Source of the DNA: Prorocentrum cordatum
Lineage: Eukaryota
Assembly (NCBI GenBank): GCA_963575745.1
Contig: CAUYUJ010000286.1
Coordinates: 62,001-115,813 of the forward strand
DNA: 53,813 bases
Direction: 5' to 3'
A model generated the notes under the pieces. The model was not told the origin of the DNA and ran no database searches. It saw only the letters and a program-made list of their open reading frames with translations. The translations under genes were made by a program, and so were the position numbers. Positions 25,794 to 35,830 of the stretch are shown here, one piece after another. Numbering within the stretch: position 1 is the stretch's first letter; the number at the start of each line of letters is the position of its first letter.

Positions 25794-27006
25794 CTGGGCG
25801 CCGGCGGTAAACCGTCAACCTTTCTTACCGCCGGGGGACTCGTAGAGCTTCCTGACAATATATGATGTCGAAAACAGTTGCAGAGAACAAATACTTTTTA
25901 GCGCAAGCGATTTCACACCTCTCGATGCAACAGCCGAACGCCCAGGATGCTTCTGGATTTTCTTATGTACGAGCTCTGTAGCTCTCCTACAGCCGGAGTT
26001 ACGTGCGTAAATCGATAGTACCTCTCGAGATGACTCGAAAAAACAAATAGTTTGACAAACCCAGCACGAGTATCAGACCGAGTTCAGACCTCTGAATGCG
26101 ACAGGCGGACGCGTCTGATGTCTCCGAGTCGATTCCTGTGATTAACAGCCCCGCAGCTCCCCTGCAGCCCCAGTTAACTGCAGAAAAAAGAGAGCAGCTC
26201 TCAGGATGACTCGAACAAGACGAATAGTTTCGCAAACCTAGTTCGGACAGCAGACCGAGATCCGAGCTCTGGATCCGGCAGGCGGACGCGCCTGATGTCT
26301 TTGGATGCATTCCTGTGATCACCTGCACTGTAGCCGCCTATAAATCGATTTAAGTGCAGAAAACCGATAGCATCTCTCAAGATGACTCGAATAATACGAA
26401 TAGTTTCGCGATTCTAGATCGCAGACCAAGTTCAGAGCTCTAGATTCAACAGACAAACGCGACTGATGATTCTGGATCGGTTTCTGTAAGTATCGGCTCT
26501 GTAGATGTCCTATAGCTCGAGTTTAGTACAGAAAAACTGAGAGCGCCTGTCAAGGTGACTCGAATAATACGAATAGGTTTGCGGACCTAGCTCGGCTAGC
26601 AGACCGAGTTCAGACCTCTGGATGCAACAGGCGAACGCGCCTGATCATTCTGGATCGATAAGGTGTGTTTATCAGTTCTGCGACTCTTCTATAGCTCGAG
26701 TTATGTTCAGAAAACCGTCAGCGCGTGTCAAGATGACCCGAAACGGCCGATCCCCCCAGTGCTTTTTGGCAGTAAAAAAAAAACCGATCGAGCTGAGATC
26801 AAGATTTCGAGCGGAAATAAGATCGAATATGATGGGAAAAATACTAGAGCTCTAACGAATGTTCAACTTTTCAGAACAAAATTTTCAACCGACCAAAAGT
26901 CACCAAAAGGTCTGTCGAGATTTTTCTTGCCAACTAGCTCTCCAGCGCCCCGGAATTACTCTTAAGCTTCCAGCAATAACTTGCTAAGGGAAGCTCTACG
27001 AGTTAT
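25794..27006 (-). mobile_element. Full-length family A element, head-to-tail with the previous copy; 5' terminus duplicated at ~27007-27056
   Basis: Junction gagtta|ctgggcg at 25793/25794; aagcttccagcaataacttgctaagggaagctctacgagtta occurs twice in a row. Confidence 0.85.
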
Positions 27007-28411
27007 TACCCTGAAGCTTCCAGCAATAACTTGCTAAGGGAAGCTCTACGAGTTACTATTGGTAGCGTCGAAAACCCGGAGAGCAGAGAGCAAAGAAAGA
27101 TTATACACGCCGAAAAGCTTTCCTGGCGGGCCCTCGGACGCTCTCGTGAAGTACTGGGCGCCGGCGGTAAACCGTCAACCTCCCTCACCGCCGGGGGACT
27201 CGTAGAGATTCCTGATAATATATAATGTGGAGCAAAAACAAAGAACGAATAGTTTTTCAGCCCAAGTGATTTCAGACCTCTCGATGCAAGAGCCGAACGC
27301 CCCCGATGCTTCTGAATTGTCTTCTATGCGAGCTCTGTAGCTCTCCTACAGCCCGAGTTACGTGCGTAAATCGAAAGCACCTCTCAACATGACTCTAACA
27401 AAACGAATAGTTTCGCAACCCAGCTCGAATCTCAAACGACCTCTGAATGCGAGAGACGGACGCGTCTGATGTCAACGAATCGATTCCTGTGATTACCAGC
27501 CCTGCAGCCCCCTACAGCCCGAGTTAAGTGCAGAAAACCGACAGCACCTCTCAGAATAACTCGAACAATAGAATAGTTTCGCAGACCTAATTCGGGCAGC
27601 AGACCGAGTTCGAGCTCTGGATTCGACAGGCGGACGCGCCTGATGTCTTGAAATCGATTTCTGTGACGAACAGCACTGTAGCCGCTCCAGCCCGAGTTAA
27701 GTGTAGAGAACCGACAGCACTTCTCAGAATGACTCGAAGAATACGAATAGTTCTGCGATTCTAGATCGGGCAGCAGACCGAGTTCGGAGCTCTTGATTGA
27801 ACAAAAAATGCGACTGGTGATTCTCAATCAGTTTCTGTAAGTATTAGCTCTGTATCTGTCGTATAGCTCGAGTTAATTAGAGGAAACCGAGAGCGTCTGC
27901 CAAGATGACTCGAATGAATAGGTTTCCAGACGAGCTCGGCTAGCAGACCAAGTTCAGATCTCTAGATTCAGCAAGCGAACGCACCTTATCATTCTGAATC
28001 GATTAGCAGAGCTTACCAGCTCTGTAGCTGTCCTAAATAAAGCTCGAGTTATCTTCAGAAACAGTCATCGCGTCTTAAGTTGACTTGAAACGGCCGATCC
28101 CGCCTGCCTGCTTTTTGGTAGTAAAAGCTACCCAATCGAGCTGAGATCAAGATTGCGAGCGGGAAAGATCAAATATCATGGGAAAGAATACTAGAGCTCA
28201 AACGAATGATTGAATTTCGAGAACCAAATTTTCAAGCGACAAAAAGTCACCAAAAGGTCCGTCGGGATTTTTCTTGCCAACTTGGTAGCGTCCAAAACTG
28301 GCGCCTGCGGTGAACCGTCAACCTGGTCACCGCCGGGAACCTGGTAGAGCTCATTTCACGCGTAAGAGTGCCCGGAGTCGAAAGAGAGAGCTTCTCGAAG
28401 CATTTCTTTTT

Positions 28412-28464
<53 letters not shown>

Positions 28465-28580
28465 TCGACATGAAGATGGTTCCGCCTAGTGTTTTGATAG
28501 TAAAAGTGCGCCTACAGAGCTCATACTAAGACAGAAAGGCCCTTATAGTCGTTTACAGGTGCGCAAAATCTGCTTTCTCA

Positions 28581-29413
28581 CTTGGTAGCGCCCAAAACCC
28601 GGAGACCTTCGGGACGGAAATCTTTTCTCGAGGGCTCCCTGGGTTCCCTAAAGCGCTTCGAAAGCTCCGGCAGGCACGCTGCCATGCGCGCCTGCACGCG
28701 TGCAGGCACCCGTGGACGCGCGCCTTCCTGCAATGCTCATTCAAACCCGCCCGGGGCGCGCAGAGCTCTGTCGAACGCGTGCAGAGCTCTGTTCCCGGAG
28801 AGCGTCTTGGGCTAAGTAGGGTTGTTAGAGAAGAAGCCGGCGGGCGCGCGTACGCCGCCGCACCCTTCCGCCCACCGCTTCACGTTCCCTTCCGTGAGCC
28901 CTCGGGTTCCGCAGCGCGTCCCGGAGCGTCTGTTCCAATACGTTCCCGTAGAACGTGCTCAAGAGGCCTCGCGGAGTTCCCGGGCACCGAGCTCCCACGC
29001 GTGCAGGCACGCGTGGAAGCGTCGCTCTCAGCCCCTCAGCCAGGCAAGCTTGCCAGCGCCACCACGCACGTTTACAGCCTTTCAGGGGAGCGCCAGGCAA
29101 GCTCTCCAGCACCACCACGCTTTCAAGCGTGCTTGAGGCTACTTGACACGCACCCGTCTCAGACGAGCGCAGGCACACGCGCGGTTGGGGTGCGCTTACG
29201 CGACGAGACGCGTCTGTGCGCGCGTCTCGCGCTTGGCTATCCGGGTTTTGGACGACAACAGGTCGAACCCTTCTGAAGCGATCCTGCATTGCTGCGGACC
29301 CGCTGCCGGCTCGGGCGAGTTGCTGCGGGGATCGTGGAGCGGCGGAGATGGGCTGCTGGCGGGCACCACCACCGTCCAGCTTCTAATCTGAAACCCTCTA
29401 GCTCTCTCCGGGA
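28581..29413 (-). mobile_element. Long family C element nested in a B element
   Basis: cttggtagcgcccaaaacccggaga ... ctctccggga; flanks ctttctca | aagatgaattgtc resemble B ctttctcaaaatgaattgtc. Confidence 0.75.
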
Positions 29414-32400
29414 AAGATGAATTGTCAAATATCTTTCAAAAAATTGCAACACCACCCAAAAGTTACCACTTTGTCCTTTCTGGCCGGGTCGACCAACTAG
29501 CGCCGGCGGTGAACCGTCAACGGGAGCCGCGTAGAGCTCCTTCCACGCGTCAGAGTGCTCAGAGTCGAAAGTGAGAGCTTCTGGAGGCATCTCGAAAAAT
29601 TGAGCATTGATTTTTTTCATGTCGACCGAAAGTTGGTTCCCCCAAGTGTTTCGATAGTAAAAGTGCGCCTACAGAACTAATATCAAGATGGAGAGGCCCT
29701 CATATCCGTTTACAGGTGCGAAAAAATCTGCTCTCTCAAAATGAATTGTCAAATATCTTTCAACTGGGCGCCGGCGGTAAACCGTCAACCTTTCTTACCG
29801 CCGGGGGACTCGTAGAGCTTCCTGACCATATATAATGTCGAAACAAATTGCAGAGAACGAATAGTTTTTCAGCCTAAGCGATTTGAGACCTCTCGATGCA
29901 ACAGCCAAACGCCCCTCATGCTTCTGGATCGTTTCCTGTGCGCACGAGCTCCGTAGCTCTCCTAAAGCCCGAGCTACGTGCGAAAATCGACAGCACCTCT
30001 CAAGATCACTCTAACAAAACGAATAGTTTGGCAACCCAGCTCGAGTATCAAACAGAGTTCAGACCTTTGAATGCGACACACGGACGTGTCTGATGTCTGC
30101 GAATCGACTCCTGTGATTACCAGCCCTGCAGCCCCCCTACAGCCCGAGTTACATGCAGAAAACCGACAGCACCTCTCAGGATAACTCGAACAATACAATA
30201 GTTTTGCCGACCTAGTTCGGGCAGCAGACCGAGTTCCGAGCTCTCCTTTCGACAAGCGGACGCGCCTGATCCCTTCAAATCGATTCCTGTGACCACCAGC
30301 ACTGTAGCCCCCCCCCAGCCCGAGTTACGTGCAGAAAACCGAGAAGACTTCTCAAGATGACTCGAACAATACGAATAGTTTCGCGATGCTAGATCGGGCA
30401 GCAGACCGAGTTGAGAGCTCTGAACTCAACAGACAAAGGCGACTGATGATTCTGGATCGGTTTCTCGAAGTATCAGCTCTGTAGCTGTCCTATAGCTCGA
30501 GATAAGTACAGAAAACCGAGAGAGTCTGTCAAGATGACTCGAATAATACGAATAGGTTTGCGGACCTAGCTCAGCTAGCAGACCGAGTTCAGACCTCTAG
30601 ATTCAACAGCCGAACGCGCCTGATCATTCTGAATCGATTAGCTGTGCTTACTAGCTCTGCAGCTGTCCTAAAGCTCGAGTTATGTTCAGATAACCGCCAT
30701 CGCGTGTCAAGATGACTTGAAAAAGCCGATCCCGCCTGCCTGCTTTTTGACAGTAAAAGGTACCCGATCGGGCTGAGATCAAGATGGCGAGCGGAAATGA
30801 GATCGAAGATTATGGGAAAGAATACTAGAGCTCAAACGAATTGTTGAATTTCGAGAACAAAATGTTCAACCGACCAAAAGTCAGCAAAAGGTCCGTCGAG
30901 ATTTTTCTTGCCAACTAGCTCTCCAGCGCCCCGGAATTCTCTTAAGCTTCCAGCAAGAACTTGCTAAGGGAAGCTCTACGAGTAAATATTCGCACTTGGT
31001 TGCGTCCAAAACCCGGAGAGCAAGGAGGGCACACACCCGAACTGGCGCCGGCGGTGATCCGTCAACCTGGTCACCGCCGGGAACCTCGTAGAGCTTCTTT
31101 CACGCGTAAGAGTGCTCAGAGTCGAAAGAGTGCTTCAGGGAAAAATTGATTTTGTCGTGTCGACATGAAGATGGTTGCTCCAAGTGTTTTGATAGTAAAA
31201 GTGCGTCTATAGAGCTTATACTAAGACAGAGAGACCCTCATAGTCGTTTACAGGTGCGAAAAATCTGCTTTCTCAAAATGAATTGACAAATATCTTTCAA
31301 AAATGGCGCCGGCGGTGAACCGTCAATCTGGTCACCGCCGGGAACCTCGTAGAGCTCATTTCAGCGTAAGAGTGTTCAGAGTCGAAAGAGAGAGCTTCTG
31401 GAAGCATTTCTCGAAAAAGGAAAAAATGATTTTTTTCGTGTTTCCTCCAAGTGTTTTGATAGTAAAAAAGCGCCTACAGAGCTCATACTAAGACAGAGAG
31501 GCCCTCATAGTCGTTTACAGGTGCGAAAAATCTGCTTTCTCAAAATGAATTGTCAAATATCTTTCAAAAAATTGCAAAACTACCCAAAAGTTACCACTTT
31601 GTCCTTTCTGGCCGGGTCGACCAATCGGCGCCGGCGGTAAACCGTCAACCTTTGTTACCGCCGGGGGACTCGCAGAGCTTCCTGACAACATATAATGTCG
31701 AAAAAAAAACACACAGAGAAAAAAGTTTTTTAGCCCAAGCAATTTCAGACCTCTCGGATGCAACAGCCGAACGCCCCCATGCTTCTGGATTGTCTTCTGT
31801 ACGAGCTCTGTAGCTCTCCTACAGCCCAAGTTACGTGCGTGAATCGACAGCACCTCTGAAGATGACTCGAAAAATACGAATAGTTTGGCAAACCTAGCTC
31901 GAGTATCAGACGGAGTTCAGCCCTCTGCATGCGACAGGCGGACGCGTCTGATGTCTCTGGGTCGATTCCTGTGCCCTGCAGCCCCCCCCACAGCCCGAGT
32001 TAAGTGCAGGAAACCGACAGCACCCCTCAGGATGACTCGAACAATACAAACAGTTTCGGGGACCTAGTTCGGGCAGCAGACAGATTTCGGAGCTCTCGAT
32101 TCGAAAGGCAGACGCGCCTGATTGCTCCAAATCGATTCCAGTGATTACCAGCCATGCAGCCCCCTTAAAGTTGAGTGCAGAGAACCGACAGCATCTCTCA
32201 AGATGACTCGAACAATACGAATAGTTTCGTGATGCTAGATCGGGCAGCAGACCGAGTTCAGAACTCTGGATTCGACAGACAACGGCACTGATGATTCTGA
32301 ATCAGATTCTGTATGTATCAGCTCTGTAGCTGTCCTGTAGCTCGAGTTAAGTACAGAAACCCGAGAGCGTCTGTCAAGATGACTCGAATAATACGAATAG

Positions 32401-32811
32401 GTTTGCGGACCTAGCTCAGCTAGCAGACCGAGTTCAGACCTCTTGGTGCAACAGGCGAACGCGCCTGATCATTCTGAATCGATTAGCTGTGCTTACCAGC
32501 TCTGTAGCTGTCCTGAAGCTAGATTTATCTTGAGAAAACCAACATTGCCTGTCAAGATGACCCGAAACGGCCGATCCCGCCTGCCTGCTTTTTGGCAGTA
32601 AAAGCTACCCGATCGAGCTGAGATCAAGATGGCGAGCGGGAATAAGATCTAATATCATGGGAAAAAATACTAGAGCTCTAACGAATGTTCAAATTTTGAG
32701 AACGAAATTTTCAACCGACCAAAAGTCACCAATAGGTCCGTCGAGATTTTTCTTGCCAACTAGCTCTCCAGCGCCCCAGAACTGGGAACCGGCGGTGAAC
32801 CGTCAACCTGG

Positions 32812-35311
32812 TTTTTTGGGTTTTCGGACCGATGTTCCAGCTGGGTCAACTGGCGGCCAGAATCTGCTGCGCCAAATGCACAACAGCGCTAGTAAGCGCC
32901 TCAGCAGCACTAAGTTCGGCGTCGGTTATCGTAGCACCTTCCAGGCACCACGCGGCTTCGCACACATCCCTCCAAACGAGAGGCATATTAGAGGACACGG
33001 AGTAGGGGGAGGAGGAGGGGAGAGGAGAACACGAGACACTCTTATTACAATCATATCTATGATTGATGAAACCCACTTGAAGCCAAAAGCCGCACCCCGT
33101 CCCTTTGCTGCAAACTCCCCCATCGTATCCACCACGACAGGCGATAGGTTGTAGAAAGTCCTCAAAGCTAAACATGTACTCATACTGGTTGTAGAAGCAG
33201 TGGCCCTCGCGGGCCAAATGTGTAAGTTCATCAGCCCGTGTGTTGTCTTCCCTGAATTCATGCCTATATAAATCTTTCCCCAATCCAGAACTTCGAATAC
33301 CCAGATCCCCCGCAGCACGATCTAGAACGTTAATGCATCGGTCCACACGTCTCTGGTATTGTTTATTGTCGCATCGCCATCGTCCCGTCAGCCAGTTATT
33401 CACAAGTAAACTATCCCCTTTGATTTCTACCCCGAATCCTGGACTTACAATGTCCCACACCGTCTGCCTCTCGTAGATAATCGCCAACCTCTTAGCAAGT
33501 TTTTGTGTATCTTTCTCACTCGGTATACGCTCAGTATCCCCCACCATCTCGGGAGGTGTATAGTACGCCGCTGTGCCCTTCCAGTTCTGAACAAAATACA
33601 GGAATACCTTTGGTTTATCGTACATGCACAAAAGATTCTGCCACATCTCCAGGAAAGAACGATAGCTCGTCTCGACACTCGACCACCAGGAGCTGCCATA
33701 TGTAAGAATGTATGGATACTGCCAGCTACGCTGGCCCACTCTCTCTGGACCAGCCCTCAACCTCTTGATCGTGGATGCCTGAGTACGGTTGCCGTGTAGT
33801 CGGCAACATTCTGCCATAATGTCCCTGCGCGTTGTCCACTCAACATTGTACATGAGCAATCCCCTTCTGCTGTCCACGAAAGCTCTGTTATCAGGACTGC
33901 AGTGATCAATATCATGAGCTGGGAGGGAGAGTGTGGGCAGTAGAGCCGCCGACCCACTCCCTGAATCAATATTCTCAGAAGCCAAAGAATCACCGCCAAA
34001 CCCTTGTCGTAGCCCCTGCAGTCGTCGTCTCTTCAAGGTCTGCCTGTTGAAGCTGGCGTCCTGGGTCGCAATGTGCCTGGCGAGCTCCTGTGAAACATCC
34101 TCCAGCCTATCACTCAATGCAATACTCTCAGCAACAACTTGTGAGATGACTCCCGCGAAAGATTGCGAGGGTGTATCAGCAAATCGTACTCTCTTCTGGG
34201 AAGGCCCAGGATCAGCAGCAAACGTGGCGACGTGTGCCTGGGGTGTTCCCTCGCATTCGGGGCTTCCCCAGGACTTGCGTCCTGACGCCTCCTGCAAAAT
34301 TTGGCGACGTTGCCTGAGGTGTTCCCTCGCACTCGGGGCTTCCTCAGGACTTGCGCTCTGACGCCATTGAACATGTCGACGGTGACAATCTGACAAGATA
34401 TACTCCTTGATACTTCTCATCATCGTCCAGCTCTTCCAAGCAATCATCTGTACAGCTGATGGGAAATTGGCCTCAGCGAAATGCTGTCGCACCTTGTGGA
34501 GCATCTCAGGGCGCCAGACACCCCATGTTAGCGAAGACGGCTTGCGACGGCACCACATACGCAGCAGACACATGCCCTCAAAAGCATGTATGGTTCGCAC
34601 CGCCTCAGCATCAAGCGTGAACATCTCTCCCGCATATAGCAGACGCGATTGGACCTGAGCTTGATAACGACGATATTTGTGTTTCAGCGGTACCGATCTG
34701 CATCCAAAATATGATATCTGAGCGAAAAAGGATCCTCTGGCGCATTTAAGTCGATGTGCTAGGTCCTCGTGTCCCTCGAGAAAGCTTTTACAGACAACGC
34801 AGCCCAGAATAGAAAGCGACTCCACCGGTGTGAAGGCAACTCGTTGGTCTCCGACTTGGGCCAAAATCGGCGTAGGGTCCTGGGTCCCGCATACGAGTAT
34901 CTGCAAGGATGATGACTTCCAACTCATTCCCCAGTCTGCTAAAGCAATGGTGAAAACATCAACGATCTTCTGGATTTCCTTAGCATTCCTCCCCACAAGG
35001 TACAGATTATCAGCCCAGAGCGCATGGTTGTACGTGTGGTAGGTAGCGGGGTTGTGGGGGTCGGGGATCTCGTACCCTATGTTCTGAGCGTCCAAAGAGG
35101 CAACTACAGAGGCCCACATGGCGATAACCACGATGTTGAAAGCAAGCGGGCTCTCAGTCCCACCCGTCCTCAAGCTCTTATCCCAAGAAACCCCATCCAG
35201 TTGGATCCCCTCGAAGACGATGGTGCAATTTGTAACAGCGAGCGGCTCGATAAGTGCATATTGTAAGCGTGCTGGGATCTCTAGTTTATCCATAGCGCGT
35301 GCAAGCATACT
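32812..35311 (-). mobile_element. 5'-truncated non-LTR (LINE-like) retrotransposon insertion, LINE-1
   Basis: Absent from the duplicate site at 41241-41280; ~30-bp 3' UTR ending aaaacccaaaaaa on the minus strand; ORF begins inside the RT domain. Confidence 0.9.
32846..35308 (-). CDS. N-terminally truncated LINE polyprotein: RT subdomains 4-7 and thumb, long linker, circularly permuted RNase H (820 aa)
   Basis: LRTGGTESPLAFN (QG..SP motif), LWADNLYL (YxDD position), WGMSWK, LSILGC, thumb EDLAHRLKCARGSF..VQSRLLYAGE; C-terminal GDS / H..REDN.RAD / YDGG / DAE motifs. Confidence 0.9.
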   Translation of the reverse strand: MLARAMDKLEIPARLQYALIEPLAVTNCTIVFEGIQLDGVSWDKSLRTGGTESPLAFNIVVIAMWASVVASLDAQNIGYEIPDPHNPATYHTYNHALWADNLYLVGRNAKEIQKIVDVFTIALADWGMSWKSSSLQILVCGTQDPTPILAQVGDQRVAFTPVESLSILGCVVCKSFLEGHEDLAHRLKCARGSFFAQISYFGCRSVPLKHKYRRYQAQVQSRLLYAGEMFTLDAEAVRTIHAFEGMCLLRMWCRRKPSSLTWGVWRPEMLHKVRQHFAEANFPSAVQMIAWKSWTMMRSIKEYILSDCHRRHVQWRQSASPEEAPSAREHLRQRRQILQEASGRKSWGSPECEGTPQAHVATFAADPGPSQKRVRFADTPSQSFAGVISQVVAESIALSDRLEDVSQELARHIATQDASFNRQTLKRRRLQGLRQGFGGDSLASENIDSGSGSAALLPTLSLPAHDIDHCSPDNRAFVDSRRGLLMYNVEWTTRRDIMAECCRLHGNRTQASTIKRLRAGPERVGQRSWQYPYILTYGSSWWSSVETSYRSFLEMWQNLLCMYDKPKVFLYFVQNWKGTAAYYTPPEMVGDTERIPSEKDTQKLAKRLAIIYERQTVWDIVSPGFGVEIKGDSLLVNNWLTGRWRCDNKQYQRRVDRCINVLDRAAGDLGIRSSGLGKDLYRHEFREDNTRADELTHLAREGHCFYNQYEYMFSFEDFLQPIACRGGYDGGVCSKGTGCGFWLQVGFINHRYDCNKSVSCSPLPSSSPYSVSSNMPLVWRDVCEAAWCLEGATITDAELSAAEALTSAVVHLAQQILAAS

Positions 35312-35548
35312 GTAGAGCTCTTTTCATGCACGGCGATCGTCGGAGCACATGAAGAAAGCTTCTGGAACGCGACAGAAAAAACTCGAGAAAATAGGTTTTT
35401 TTTCATTTATCCAACGTCGGTTCCTGCAAGTCTTTTGATAGTAATATTGCAGCTACGGACCTGAAAATTTTACTGGAAGACGCGGCATAACCCACTACAC
35501 GTGAGAAAAATACCGGTTCTCAAAATGAATTGTCAAATATCTTTCGAA

Positions 35549-35830
35549 CTTGGTAGCGCCCAAAACCCGAAGAGCGAAGAGACCCTTTGGGGACGGGAAA
35601 TCTTTCCTGGAGAGCTCAGCGCTTCCGAAGCGCTGGCAGAAACGCTTCCATGCGTGCCTGCACGCGTGCAGGCACGCGTGGAAGCTTGGCGGAAGCTCTC
35701 CAGGACACGTTGCCGGCTCGAACGAACCGCTCCGAGGATTCTGGAGCGACGGAAAAGAGCTCCTGGCGGACACCACCACCGTCCGGCTTCTAATCTTAAA
35801 CCCTTTAGCTCTCAGCGAGCTCTCCGGGAA
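35549..35830 (-). mobile_element. Short family C element nested in B (duplicate at 41506-41787; further copies 48412-48707 and partial 51310-51480)
   Basis: cttggtagcg.ccaaaacccg ... agctctcagcgagctctccgggaa; flanks ctttcgaa | tcttaac match B ctttcaaatcttaag (~23201). Confidence 0.8.

Noticed and set aside
32657..35315. Plus-strand and alternate-frame ORFs over LINE-1
   Set aside because: Shadows of the 820-aa minus-strand ORF.
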